64,000 nucleotides of DNA from a bacterium (GTDB taxonomy: Bacteria > Patescibacteriota > Patescibacteriia > SBBB01): contig SBBB01000022.1 in assembly GCA_005239895.1 (NCBI GenBank), positions 4,098 through 68,097 on the forward strand, given 5' to 3'. The translations under genes and the position numbers were made by a program. The notes under the pieces are model-generated. The model did not search any database. It worked only from the letters and a program-made list of their open reading frames with translations, and was not told the origin of the DNA. Positions 19,465-30,900 of the stretch are shown piece by piece. The first letter of the stretch is position 1, and every line of letters starts with the position of its first letter.

Positions 19465-20301
19465 ATGCCAAATTTAAAATTCAAATCCAAATACACTATA
19501 ATCCTATTTATTGTATTAATTTTATTTACACCAAACGTAAGTCTACTACACGCAGATACTAATACACTAAATTTTCAGTCTCCACTGGACGGACAAAAAA
19601 CAATATCATTATGTGAAGGAGACAAATGTTCAGGTATTGGAATTTACATAATAATGTTATACAAATATGGACTATCTATTGTCGGCGCATTAGTTGTAAT
19701 CGTGATGATGATTGCTGGAGTTATATATTTAACAGCAGGTGGCAACATCACTCAAGTTACAACTGCCAAAACATTTATAAAAAACGCTCTTACGGGTTTA
19801 GTCTTATTATTAACTTCATATTTATTGTTTATAACTATAAATCCAGAGTTGGTTCAATTTAAGCCACTTAGTATTAAACAGGTTAAAAATGTACCGGAGG
19901 TAAAAGAAGCAGAATATAGTTGTTCTCAACATAATAACAATATCACGAACTGCAAAAGCGCTCAAAGCAAGGGCTGTGTCTACGAAGGATATACTTGTAG
20001 AAAAAGGTGTGCAGACAGAAATATTAGTAACTGTAAAACAGATAACAAGTGTACATATATAGACGGGAATTGCAAGGATATAACAACAGCAGTAACAGAA
20101 CATCAGCAGAAGAGTGGGCTTACCGCTGATTGCGATAAATATAATAGTGGTATTAACGACGAAACAGGGTGCAAGGCTGACAGAAATTGCGATTACGCAA
20201 AGAATACCGGATGCGCTTGCTGCATGTACACTCCAGATTTTATAGCTGGGTTGTCTGCTGGTAGTTCCTGTAAAACTACTAATAAACAATTCTGCTATTA
20301 A
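19465..20301 (+). CDS. CPR-type pilin (TrbC/VirB2-like TM hairpin) with Cys-rich C-terminal domain
   Basis: IAGVIYLTAGGN..AKTFIKNALTGLVL..SYLL.TINP pattern plus 16 C-terminal Cys. Confidence 0.7.
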   Translation: MPNLKFKSKYTIILFIVLILFTPNVSLLHADTNTLNFQSPLDGQKTISLCEGDKCSGIGIYIIMLYKYGLSIVGALVVIVMMIAGVIYLTAGGNITQVTTAKTFIKNALTGLVLLLTSYLLFITINPELVQFKPLSIKQVKNVPEVKEAEYSCSQHNNNITNCKSAQSKGCVYEGYTCRKRCADRNISNCKTDNKCTYIDGNCKDITTAVTEHQQKSGLTADCDKYNSGINDETGCKADRNCDYAKNTGCACCMYTPDFIAGLSAGSSCKTTNKQFCY

Positions 20302-20362
20302 TAATATCCTTAAATCAGTGGTGCTATAAATAACTACTTGAAATCTCGGCAGCTTGCTGACC

Positions 20363-20410
20363 CTACAACAAACTAACAATTAACAACGCTACAATATTAA
20401 TAATTTGTAA
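20363..20410 (-). repeat. Diverged duplicate of the last 15 codons of hppA
   Basis: Encodes LQIINIVALLIVSLL* versus [15 protein letters not shown] at 20743-20790. Confidence 0.8.
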
Positions 20411-20432
20411 TCTGAATTCCCATTGCTTTTCT

Positions 20433-20489
20433 TGTCATTTCCGCGACTTGCCCTTCAAAGCCTTGGCGTAGGAGGGTGGGGGAATCCAG
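20433..20489. repeat. Nested palindromic elements (GTCATTTCCGCG..GGGAATCCAG interrupted by CCCTTCAAAGCCTTGGCGTAGGAGGG)
   Basis: GC-rich island in an AT-rich spacer; the inner unit matches 7237-7263. Confidence 0.55.
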
Positions 20490-20536
20490 GAGCGTGCACG
20501 CTTGCAATTACTGCTCCAACCAATGTTAATATTAAA

Positions 20537-20637
20537 CCCCGTTAGAGATTATAAAAACCAGTGTTGTCTATTTTAGATATAATTATTATTACTAGCTTGT
20601 TTAATTATAAGTATCAAGTACATATCTCCAACAGGGA
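20537..20637. mobile_element. MITE family 1, subfamily B (degenerate)
   Basis: CCCCGTTAGAG..CTCCAACAGGGA, 101 bp; internal homology to 57066-57166; followed by TTGACA. Confidence 0.7.
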
Positions 20638-20675
20638 TTGACATTCGTCTAATAATCGCCTAATAATTGCCTATC

Positions 20676-20702
20676 ATGTTTGGTGATCGGATCACCAAAC
20701 AT
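20676..20702. repeat. REP-like palindrome ATGTTTGGTGATC-G-GATCACCAAACAT
   Basis: Perfect palindrome with the same TGGTTTTTT flank as the 9580 copy. Confidence 0.8.
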
Positions 20703-20742
20703 TGGTTTTTTAAAACTCTTGTATAAAACTATTTTAACAACC

Positions 20743-22737
20743 TTACAACAACGACACAACCAATAACGCTACAATATTAATAACTTTCAACATGGGATTA
20801 ATAGCTGGGCCAGCAGTATCTTTGTAAGGATCACCAACTGTATCACCAGTTACAGCTGCAGCATGAGCTTGAGAACCTTTACCGCCGTAATTACCTTTTT
20901 CAATATATTTTTTAGCATTATCCCACGCAGCACCTCCGGTAGTCATAGATATCGCTACAAATAATCCTGTAACCAAACTTCCAATGAGCACTCCCATCAA
21001 AGCTGTTCTTCCTAAAATAAACCCAACTAAAACAGTTACTAATACCGGTAAAATAGCCGGTAAAACCATTTCCTTAAGAGCAGCCTTAGTAACAACATCA
21101 ACACATTTACCGTAATCTGGTTTAGTCTTATACTCCATAATTCCAGGCAACTCTTTAAACTGTCTTCTAACTTCTATTACAACGCTCTGTGCTGTTTTAC
21201 CAACTGCTCGCATAGCCAATGATCCAAAAGCATAAGGCAATAATCCACCCAATAACAGACCAATCAATATTTCAGGTTCAGAAAAATTAATCACTACACT
21301 TTTCTGCAATAAATTCTGAACTTCTTGATTGTACAATGAAAATAAAGTCAAACTAGCTAAAGCCGCAGAGCCAATGGCATAACCCTTGGTTACAGCCTTA
21401 GTTGTATTTCCTACTGCATCCAAAGCATCGGTTGTTTTACGAATATCCTTAGGCATATCTGACATTTCAGCTATACCGCCCGCATTATCTGTAATAGGAC
21501 CATAAGCGTCAATTGCCACAATCATTCCCGCAATAGATAACATGCCTAGGCTTGCCAAAGCTACGCCATAAATACCAACAAAGCTATAACTAACCCAAAT
21601 ACCAGCTAAAATAATAACTGTCGGTAAAATACAAGATTCTAAAGACAAAGCTAATCCTTCAATAATATTAGTACCGTGTCCAGTCGACGAAGCTTTAGCT
21701 AAGTTTTGAACTGGTTTAAAACTACAAGAAGTATAGTAATCAGTTACTAACATTAACAATGAAGATACAAACAAACCTGTTAACAATGCTCCCCAAATTT
21801 TCAAAGGAGAATAAATAGCATTATTAACAAAAAATTTATCAGCAATAAAATAGAACAATACAGCAGCAATAGCAACGCTTGCCCACAAACCCTTATACAA
21901 AGCTGACATGATTTTTTCTCCTTTTAGTTTAATAAACATAACACCAATCAATGAGGCCAAAACACCAGCCCCAGCTATACTCAAAATATATCCTTGATCG
22001 TATCCAGGAAATTGCATTTTAGATAACAAAATAGCAGCCGTGATTGTTACGACATAAGTTTCAAATAAATCAGCTGCCATACCAGCACAGTCCCCTACAT
22101 TATCTCCAACATTATCAGCAATAGTTGCTGGATTGCGTGGATCATCTTCAGGAATGCCAGCTTCTACTTTTCCAACCAAATCAGCTCCAACATCAGCAGC
22201 TTTAGTATAAATACCTCCACCTAATCTAGCAAAAACTGAAATTAAACTTGACCCAAAACTTAATCCTAGCAAAGCATGCACCAATGAATCATTCCCTGCA
22301 AAAGTATAAACTACTAATATACTTAATAACCCTAAACCAACAACCAAAAAACCAGTCACAGCCCCACCCTTAATTGATAAATCAAACGCTCGTTTTAAAC
22401 CATGCTCAGCTGCCTGAGCTACGCGCACATTAGATCGTACCGAAGCAAACATACTTAAAAATCCAACCAAGCCAGACATAAATGCTCCAAATAAAAATCC
22501 CCAAGCCGCAACATCTCCTAAAAATTTCCAAATTGCAATAAGTAAAACCAAAGCAACTATCGCAATAGTTTTATATTGTCTAATTAAAAAAGCTTTAGAG
22601 CCAGCTTGAATAGCAGCTGCTATTTCTTTCATTTTGTGGTTTCCATCTGGTTGCTGCATAATTATATATATTAAATAAAAACTATAACCAACAGACATAA
22701 TACTTATTAACCATGAAAAATATAAAAAATTAAGCAT
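20743..22737 (-). CDS. hppA: Membrane-bound ion-translocating pyrophosphatase, K+-independent type
   Basis: [11 protein letters not shown] and DNVGDNVGD motifs; GNTTKA has Lys at the K+-dependence position. Confidence 0.95.
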   Translation of the reverse strand: MLNFLYFSWLISIMSVGYSFYLIYIIMQQPDGNHKMKEIAAAIQAGSKAFLIRQYKTIAIVALVLLIAIWKFLGDVAAWGFLFGAFMSGLVGFLSMFASVRSNVRVAQAAEHGLKRAFDLSIKGGAVTGFLVVGLGLLSILVVYTFAGNDSLVHALLGLSFGSSLISVFARLGGGIYTKAADVGADLVGKVEAGIPEDDPRNPATIADNVGDNVGDCAGMAADLFETYVVTITAAILLSKMQFPGYDQGYILSIAGAGVLASLIGVMFIKLKGEKIMSALYKGLWASVAIAAVLFYFIADKFFVNNAIYSPLKIWGALLTGLFVSSLLMLVTDYYTSCSFKPVQNLAKASSTGHGTNIIEGLALSLESCILPTVIILAGIWVSYSFVGIYGVALASLGMLSIAGMIVAIDAYGPITDNAGGIAEMSDMPKDIRKTTDALDAVGNTTKAVTKGYAIGSAALASLTLFSLYNQEVQNLLQKSVVINFSEPEILIGLLLGGLLPYAFGSLAMRAVGKTAQSVVIEVRRQFKELPGIMEYKTKPDYGKCVDVVTKAALKEMVLPAILPVLVTVLVGFILGRTALMGVLIGSLVTGLFVAISMTTGGAAWDNAKKYIEKGNYGGKGSQAHAAAVTGDTVGDPYKDTAGPAINPMLKVINIVALLVVSLL

Positions 22738-22833
22738 AAAAAATATATTACAAATTAAATGAATTAAATTTTACATTTAGACCTCCAAACAGTATCATAA
22801 AGGGCTAATAATAACAAGACTTTGTAAAGTTCA

Positions 22834-22928
22834 CCCGCCTAAACTTATAATTGCTAGTCACCATACTTATATTGTTTAAATATCTCATCAGACGATAACC
22901 ATACCACAACGGAATAAGTTTTGGCGGG
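22834..22928. mobile_element. MITE family 2 (CCCGCCTAAACTT..AAGTTTTGGCGGG)
   Basis: Terminal IRs; inverted homolog at 48101-48193. Confidence 0.75.
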
Positions 22929-22965
22929 TGAATAAAGTCAATCCAGTTAAAAGTTTATAAAGTAA

Positions 22966-24264
22966 TTATTTTTTAACAGATTCATTCATACAATACGAAC
23001 ACCCTGTAGATGCCACTAAAATCCAAAATAAAATTGCTAAATCATTTTTAAAATACGGAACGTCAACTAAACCGTGGACTAGTAAAGTTAGCATGGCAGC
23101 CATAATAGCTATTACTATTGATCTATGGGAGCTCGACTGAACTATCAAACGCCGACCTAAATAAAAAAAGTAACCTATCAATAATATAAAAATCAACAAT
23201 CCGAACAAACCAATCTCACTCCAAAAATTTAAAATAATATTATGAGGATATAAGTAAACCTCAACGCCTTGAATTTTATGGTACGATCTAAATATATCTG
23301 GATATCCAGCTAAACCAGCTCCAAATATAAAATTATGTTTTAACATTTGAGATGTTTCACCCCACTGACCAAGTCTTACGCTTAAACCTGGATCATGGCA
23401 GACCTTAGAAGTAAAACAATTTAATTTGTCATTTGTATATTTGTTTAGGATAGGTACAAATAAAACCCCAAATAATATAACTGCTAAAATACTATAAAAT
23501 AATTTAGGTTTAATTTTATTATACATTATCCATAGTGTACCCATTATAACCCCTAACCACGCTCCTTCGGTTTTAGAATAAATAATTGCTAACAAAGAAC
23601 ATCCGATCACACTAATATAAAAAAACAATTGCGGGCGCTCAAATATTTCGCATTTTTTAGATTGTAAATAATTCCACAATAAACCAATATACAAAACAAT
23701 TATGGGAGCTAGAAACAAACCAACTGCATTGGGATAACCATAAAAACTAGTTGATCTGCGAATTTCAGAAGCAAACCACGCGTCTGGAATAAAAACACCC
23801 GTAAATTTTTGATAAATTGCCAGGCCTGCAACTATTAAAGCGCTTAACCCTAAAGATTTAAAAATTATATTCAGAGATGCTTCATCTTTAACAATGTTTA
23901 TTAAAACTAGTATCAATAATATGGGTTCTAAAAAATAAGCTTTCCAAATTCCTAAAGCTGAAACAAGGTTTGGTGTATAAAATAAACTTAAAGTCGCGCT
24001 AAATAAAAACAAATAGGCTATAATGTATAGCCATTTTAGTTTTGAATTCCAAAAAATATCTAATAAATGATTACGATTTTTATAACCTACAACCAAAAAC
24101 AAACACCAAAGCATTCCTTCTAATAAAGTAAAAGGAACGAACCCCAGCTTGAAACGGATTAAATAAGTTGGCAGTAAAATAATAATAAGGCCCAACCCCT
24201 GAATAAGATTTTTATGAAGCAACCAAGCAAATAGTGATAAATAAATACAAATTAAAACAAGCAC
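22966..24264 (-). CDS. O-antigen ligase (WaaL/Wzy_C) family membrane protein
   Basis: RSTSFYGYPNA, YPHNIILN and HGLVDVPYFK motifs; many TM helices. Confidence 0.85.
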   Translation of the reverse strand: MLVLICIYLSLFAWLLHKNLIQGLGLIIILLPTYLIRFKLGFVPFTLLEGMLWCLFLVVGYKNRNHLLDIFWNSKLKWLYIIAYLFLFSATLSLFYTPNLVSALGIWKAYFLEPILLILVLINIVKDEASLNIIFKSLGLSALIVAGLAIYQKFTGVFIPDAWFASEIRRSTSFYGYPNAVGLFLAPIIVLYIGLLWNYLQSKKCEIFERPQLFFYISVIGCSLLAIIYSKTEGAWLGVIMGTLWIMYNKIKPKLFYSILAVILFGVLFVPILNKYTNDKLNCFTSKVCHDPGLSVRLGQWGETSQMLKHNFIFGAGLAGYPDIFRSYHKIQGVEVYLYPHNIILNFWSEIGLFGLLIFILLIGYFFYLGRRLIVQSSSHRSIVIAIMAAMLTLLVHGLVDVPYFKNDLAILFWILVASTGCSYCMNESVKK

Positions 24265-24345
24265 ATTGTAAGATTAAAAAATATCTGATCTCCCTTGCTC
24301 TAACTAACCCGGAGGACTAAAAAGCTAAAAAGCTAAGAAGCCATA

Positions 24346-25548
24346 TTACTCTTCTTGATCTGGAACTACAGTTTCAACTTGATTATTTGTTTCAAGTTGA
24401 TCGTTTGTTGTTTGTGCATTGGTGTTTTTAGTTTTAATATCAATATTATAACCTGTAAGTTTAACAGCCAATCTAACGTTTTGACCAGCTTTGCCAATAG
24501 CTAAAGAAACCTGACTGTCGTCAACCTCCACTATAGCTCTTTTTTCAATCTTATTAACCGTAACACTTAAAACTTTGGCAGGCAGTAAAGAATTGGAAAT
24601 ATATTCTTCCACATTATCACTGTAAGCAATAATATCAATTTTTTCTCCACCCACTTCAGAGATAATGGTGTTTATCCTAGCTCCATCCTGACCAATGCAT
24701 GCTCCGACAGGATCAATTTTGGAACTCTTGGTAAAAACAGCAATTTTAGAGCGACTACCAGGCTCGCGACTAATGGATTTTATTTCCACTAAACCATTTT
24801 TAATTTCTATTACTTCATTCGCGCAAATTTGTTTTAATAATTCCGGATGAGTTCGGGACACCACTACATTTGAACCCTTAGTGTTATTACCAACTGAAAC
24901 CACAAAAAATTTCATTCGGCTTCCGGTTTTGTATTGTTCACGCACAACTTGCTCGCTCTGCGGTAAAATAGCTATAGTTTTATCAATCTCAACTAAAATA
25001 TTACGTTGATCATAACGCTGAACCTGACCCACCACAACCTTACCTTCTAATTTGCTTAAAGTATTAAAAACAACTTCGCGCTCTGTCTCGCGCAATTTTT
25101 GTAAAATCACTTGTTTAGCAGTTTGAATCGCAACCCTTCCATATTCTTGAGGAATCGTTAGCGGTAATTTGATTTCTTCACCAACCTGAATATTTGGTTC
25201 AATCTTTTGCGCTTCGGATAAAGTAATATTAAATCTAGGATTAAATCTCTCGATTATATCACTTTCTCCATCTGTGTCAGACGGAACATTAGCATTCTCT
25301 TTAACCGAAGAAATAGTGTTTTGTATAAAATCCTCAAAAAGACTGTCTTCCACCACAGTCTTAAGATCAAAAACTTGATTTTGACCAGTCTCAATATCAA
25401 AATGCGCTTTAATATTTTGATTCCTCTGTCCATAGTCTTTATTGTACGCGGCTGCTAACGCTAATTCAATGGCTTCAATGACAGCTGTCGTAGGAATACC
25501 CTTATCATCGCAAATTTGTTTAATCATGAACGAAATTGTTTGTTGCAT
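24346..25548 (-). CDS. nusA: Transcription factor NusA
   Basis: GRVAIQTAKQVI, S1 and KH domains, AIGKAGQNVRLA. Confidence 0.96.
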   Translation of the reverse strand: MQQTISFMIKQICDDKGIPTTAVIEAIELALAAAYNKDYGQRNQNIKAHFDIETGQNQVFDLKTVVEDSLFEDFIQNTISSVKENANVPSDTDGESDIIERFNPRFNITLSEAQKIEPNIQVGEEIKLPLTIPQEYGRVAIQTAKQVILQKLRETEREVVFNTLSKLEGKVVVGQVQRYDQRNILVEIDKTIAILPQSEQVVREQYKTGSRMKFFVVSVGNNTKGSNVVVSRTHPELLKQICANEVIEIKNGLVEIKSISREPGSRSKIAVFTKSSKIDPVGACIGQDGARINTIISEVGGEKIDIIAYSDNVEEYISNSLLPAKVLSVTVNKIEKRAIVEVDDSQVSLAIGKAGQNVRLAVKLTGYNIDIKTKNTNAQTTNDQLETNNQVETVVPDQEE

Positions 25549-25578
25549 AATAATTTTTTAACTTTTAACTTTTTACTT

Positions 25579-26892
25579 TTATCTAGATTTAAAATAACTC
25601 AAGGGATTAGTTCGCTTACCATTCCTAATAATTTCATAATGTACATGCGGACCAGTAGATCTTCCTGTTGAACCTACTAAACCAATAACCTGATTTCTTT
25701 GAACTATATCTCCGTTTTTGACCAATAATTTACTACTATGAGCATAACGAGTCAAAATATTATTAGGATGTTGAATTAATACTTGATACCCATATCCGCG
25801 TATCCAACCAGCTTTAATTACTTTACCAGGAGCAGACGCAAATATAGGATCGCCCATTCTTCCGTGTAAATCTATACCATTATGTCTCCAAGTAAAATAT
25901 TGATTAATTTTCTTACTAAGCACAGGCCATACCATGTCATAAGCCAATTTTCCGCCAATGTTACCAGCCCAAGATTTATTAGCATAACGTAAAGCTACAT
26001 ACACCTTGCGTTCATTTGCTAATTGAACCCCGGGAATAATTAAAACCTGACCACTTTTAATATCCTTTTCATTAATCAAGCGATTAAAGGCTATAATTTT
26101 TTGATTATCAGTTTGAAACTTGGTAGAAATTCTGGCAAGTGTATCTCCTTCTTTAATTTTATACGATATTCCCGTAATAGGCAAAATTCTCAACTTATCA
26201 CCTGGTTTTAAGTAAGCTCCGGAATATAAACCATTCTCAGTTAAAATCGTATCCACACTAATTTCAAATTGATTGGCAATACTAGATAAAGAATCTCCAA
26301 CTTTTACAATATACTCAGTGATATTGTTAGTGTAATTACGAATGTTTTGACTAGCAATCAAATTGGGCTTTATTAAAACATTGTCATTTAAATTAAACAA
26401 CAAACCTTCCACACCAACGCCTGCATCTAAATCAGAAATATTCGTTACATGACTACGAATACTTAAAAGATTATTTGCATTGCTAACGTCATCTAACACC
26501 ATGCTATTTTGATCACGAATAACAGCATCTTCTGGGTCCATAAAATCCACTAATAAATTAGTGTTTCCTAAACTATATGTCACTGAATTACGCGTAAAAA
26601 AATTATAGCCAATCAAAAATATTGCCAAAAATGTAAATACCAAAACACCAAAATATTGCGTTAAAAAATTTATCACCACCTGACTGCGAAACTGCTTATC
26701 ATCTTCTAATAAAAGTTTTTTTAGCTTAAGCTTACCACGATAAAGAATATAAGTAACAAAAACAACCATTGTTTTTACCCTTTTTACTATAAACAACAAG
26801 ACTTGTTGTAACCCAAACAACAGTTTATGAACTATTGATAATACAAGCTTCAAAAAACCTATAAACAGCTTTAAATACGGCAATTTAGACAT
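25579..26892 (-). CDS. LysM x2 plus M23 peptidase (murein hydrolase)
   Basis: YIVKVGDSLSSIA, HNGIDL and STGPHVHYE motifs. Confidence 0.9.
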   Translation of the reverse strand: MSKLPYLKLFIGFLKLVLSIVHKLLFGLQQVLLFIVKRVKTMVVFVTYILYRGKLKLKKLLLEDDKQFRSQVVINFLTQYFGVLVFTFLAIFLIGYNFFTRNSVTYSLGNTNLLVDFMDPEDAVIRDQNSMVLDDVSNANNLLSIRSHVTNISDLDAGVGVEGLLFNLNDNVLIKPNLIASQNIRNYTNNITEYIVKVGDSLSSIANQFEISVDTILTENGLYSGAYLKPGDKLRILPITGISYKIKEGDTLARISTKFQTDNQKIIAFNRLINEKDIKSGQVLIIPGVQLANERKVYVALRYANKSWAGNIGGKLAYDMVWPVLSKKINQYFTWRHNGIDLHGRMGDPIFASAPGKVIKAGWIRGYGYQVLIQHPNNILTRYAHSSKLLVKNGDIVQRNQVIGLVGSTGRSTGPHVHYEIIRNGKRTNPLSYFKSR

Positions 26893-27098
26893 ATAATACT
26901 AAAATATCCAGGTCGCCCTGGATATATGTATTGTATAACATGGTCTAGTAAATGTCAAGTAGTTGTATCCGTCCATCTCATTCTGGTGGCCTGCAAAGTT
27001 CAGGATATGAATGAGTTTGAGTAATATAATTTTTTGAAAAAATCATATTTTAGAATTCTAAAAAACGTAACATTAGCGATTATTATATAAAATTAATA

Positions 27099-27130
27099 TG
27101 CGAAAGGGGTTTTAGAGCGCCCCTTTCGCA
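27099..27130 (-). terminator. Intrinsic terminator 3' of ORF 27205
   Basis: TGCGAAAGGGG..CCCCTTTCGCA stem. Confidence 0.65.
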
Positions 27131-27204
27131 AAAATAAATATCATTATGAAGCGTTTTTAGATTTCAACAAAAAGCTCAGCAATAAACTGCCGAGTGACCA
27201 GACT

Positions 27205-27693
27205 TTAATTACGCGACTTTACTGGTTTGTCATTCAAGGCCACTATGTGTATAGCCTTGGGCACCTTACCTACATACCCAGAGCGATACTGGATAAGCAT
27301 CAGACCAGACGAAATATGCATATAGCTGAGTATGCCTGATGGTTGTGACAATCCCACAAGCTTACCACTAAAATTCACAATAAAAAAATCCGCAGGCATA
27401 AAATCTCTAAATAGACCAATACCTGCTTGTGGTTTCAATAAACCCTGAAGATATTTTTTATTGTCTACTCTATCGTCATAGAGCAACACACTTCCGCCGC
27501 TCATTCTTGTCAACTCGGCCTTATGGGGCAACCAGTTTTGTACTGATATTCCAAGCACCTTGTCGGCCTGTAAAAATAAATCCTTACTACTCAAGGCATC
27601 ATCAACAAACCGCGAACAATGCCCAGGTAAAAACTTATCAGACCCCAGATACCCTGTAATAATATTCGGTGCCAATGCCAATACTGTTGTCAT
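27205..27693 (-). CDS. Hypothetical protein (orphan cassette)
   Basis: Start at ATG 27693 behind SD AAAGGAGG; two downstream hairpins. Confidence 0.6.
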   Translation of the reverse strand: MTTVLALAPNIITGYLGSDKFLPGHCSRFVDDALSSKDLFLQADKVLGISVQNWLPHKAELTRMSGGSVLLYDDRVDNKKYLQGLLKPQAGIGLFRDFMPADFFIVNFSGKLVGLSQPSGILSYMHISSGLMLIQYRSGYVGKVPKAIHIVALNDKPVKSRN

Positions 27694-27843
27694 TTTTGTA
27701 CCTCCTTTGTTAAGTGCTAGAACCGGAATCACCATGATCATTACGTAACTGCCCTAGACAGTTCCAACCGACCCACTGAAAACATTATTAGTTTCAGCTT
27801 ACAATCTAAAATATAATTCTAAACTCTAAGCTAAAACCAAAAA

Positions 27844-27876
27844 TCCGCCTAAATTCACAGGGTGAATTTAGGTGGA
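27844..27876. mobile_element. Internally deleted MITE family 2 copy
   Basis: TCCGCCTAAATT..AATTTAGGTGGA. Confidence 0.55.
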
Positions 27877-27926
27877 TAAATTCTCAATTCATCGTTAATG
27901 GTTCTATTTTGGTTGGAATGACAAGG

Positions 27927-30900
27927 TTAAGAACGTTTAATTAATTTAATTTTTAAAACCGCATTGTTTACTAAGATTTCATCACCGAAATCCATTTCTT
28001 TACACGGCATTATTTTACTACAAAGAGTAGCATCTTTCAATTGTTTTGTATAGTCATTAATTACTTTTAACAAATCTTCGTCTTCCGTAAAAAAACTCAT
28101 AACAACTTTATCGTTTATAGTAAGAGATTTATTTTTGCGATAACTATTGATTTGACGAATTAATTCACGCAACAAACCCTCTTGTTTTAATTCAGGTGTT
28201 AAAGTTAAATCTATGGCCACAGTAAGTTTTTTATATTTTTTTGAAATCCAATTGCGTTGTGTCTTAGATTTATCAGCTCCCAGCAACGCAGTTTTGATAT
28301 TCAACTCGTCTTGAATTAACCCTAATAGTTCTTTGTTTAAACTGGATGATAATTTCAGCCCTTGAATTTTTAAACATGACAACGGCTGTCTGATTTTAAT
28401 TCCTGACTCTGAACGCAAGCTGTGCGCTATTTCTACAACTTCTAAAACACTATCCATATTACGATGCAAAGTATTATTAATAAACTTTGCATTATAAACT
28501 GGCCAATTTTCTAAATGCACAGATTCCAGAGTTGGATTTAAAGATTGATACAAAACCTCGGCTTTAAAAGGCATAAATGGAGCAATAACAACTGCTACTT
28601 GCGATAATATAAAGCCTAAAAATTCTGGATTTTGCTTAATTCTATCACGACTCCTTCTTAAATACCATGTAGATAATGAATTAATAAAATCGCCAATTAA
28701 ACGAGTCGCACCAACAATGTCGTGCTTATTTAAAGAGAGTGTCATTTGTTTAATGAGAGCATGCAATTTGCTTAAAATCCATTTATCTAAAATATGTTTT
28801 GGTTTTATAATCTTAACTTTTTTAGATTTAGCTGATTTTTTTACATTATACATTTCATAAAAACTATACACATTCTGCAAGGTAATTAAAATATTTCTTT
28901 GGCTATCAGATATATTTTTCTCGCTTAAATTAAAATCTTCACCAAATTGCACTGCCGTAAGTAAAAAGTAGCGCAAACTATCAACACCGTATTTCTGAAA
29001 CAAAACATCAATATCCGTATAATTTTTTAATTTTTTACTTAATTTTTTACCATCCTCAGCCAAAATCAAACCTGTAACCGATACGTTTTTATAAGCGGGT
29101 TTAAGTTTCCCAAGTTTAGCTCCGTGGGATAGTTTAACTTTAGGAATAGTTAAAGCTGAGGCTAAAACATGTAAAGTATAAAACCAGCCTCGGGTTTGAT
29201 CCAGGGCCTCAACAATAAAATCCGCTGGGAAAATTTTTTCAACCTTTTCTTTATTTTCAAAAGGATAATGCCAAGAAGCATAAGGCATAGAACCAGATTC
29301 AAACCAACAATCCAAAACATCCTCAACTCTACGCATCTCTCCGCCGCAAGAACACTTTAAAACTATATTGTCTATATAGGGCCTATGAAGATCGCGAATA
29401 TTATTATGAAATATATGCTTAGATCCCCAGGGTACTTTTAAACTTACGGCTTGATGTTCGGATTTCATATTAAAATATTTATAAATAGTGCGTATAACCG
29501 CGCCATGAGTCACGATTACAATAGTTTTGTTTTTATAATCCTGATTTAATTTTTCAAATAATTTTGTAACCCTATTTTCAACGTCTTGATAAGATTCGCC
29601 ATTTTCTGGTTTTACTAAATAAGGTTGATCAGAATTATTTCTTAAATCCGTTAACTTGGAATAAAGCTTACCAGTGAAAACCCCGGGATTAATATCGTTC
29701 AAATTAGGATCTATGACTAAAGGAATATTGTGATGGCTATTAATCAGTTTGGCTGTTTCTTGAGTACGTAAAAATTCAGACGCCATTATTAAATCAATGG
29801 TTTGATCTCTTAGTTCCCGGCTAATTTTTTTAGCTTCGGCCACTCCCTTAGCTGTTAAATGAATGGATTTACGAATGTTACAAAAGGTAGGTTCATTTAA
29901 AACCTTATTTACATTATGCTCAGCTTCCGTATGTCTAATAACTATAAATTTATTACCGCTAGGCGTGGCTAAAGCCAGCTCTTCAATACTTCCCATAATT
30001 TTTTTAGTATGACATTTAACGCAAGACCAAGCTGGAATTGGAACTCCCCAAAATCTAGTTCTAGAAATTGCCCAATCCCGAGCTGTATCTAACCATTTGC
30101 CGAACCTTCCATTTTTAATATGTTGAGGACTCCAGTTTATTTTTTTATTATTAGCTAACAGCGCCGCTTTAATTTTTACAACATTCACATACCAAGAGGT
30201 TAAGGGATAATAAATTAAATAATGGTCGCAACGCCAGCAAAATGGATAGGAATGATTAATCACCTCTTCTTTCCATAATAATTTTCTTTGATCTAAATCT
30301 TGAGTAATGGCTATATTAGCGTTTTTAACAAGTTCACCTTCGCCTGGCAAATTTAAACCTTTCATTAATCTACCCGCAGCATCCACAGTTATAAACACTG
30401 GAAGTTTATTTTGTTTGCTCAACGTCATATCATCTTCTCCGAAAGCTGGCGCGATATGCACCACACCCGAACCGTCCGCACTAGACACAAAATCTCCGTG
30501 ATACACTTGATGGATTATATTTTTAAAATTTTTAATGTCTTGGGCTTTAATTAAAGATGAAACATTATAAAAAGCATCATAAGATACACCAATCAATTCA
30601 ACCCCCTTCATTATTTTAATAATCTTATAATCACCTTCGACAAAAACACTCAAACGATCCTTAGTTATAATTAAATATTCGTCTTGTATTTTTATAAGAG
30701 CGTAAAACAAGTTTTTATTAATGGCTAAAGCGACATTACCAGGCAGGGTCCAGGGCGTAGTCGTCCAAACCAAAAAATAACTATTGTTTGGTAAATTATT
30801 ATCTAGTGGTTTTTGAATTTTAAATTTAACATAGATAGATTTGTCATCAACATCGCGATACCCTAAATTTACTTCAAAATTAGATAAACCCGTCTCGCAG

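Noticed and set aside
19822-20379. 185-aa minus-strand ORF
   Set aside because: Antisense shadow of the Cys-rich pilin gene with no recognisable motif.
29400-29960. Intein in IleRS
   Set aside because: No N-terminal Cys/Ser or C-terminal His-Asn splice motifs; the insert has histidine-phosphatase motifs instead.
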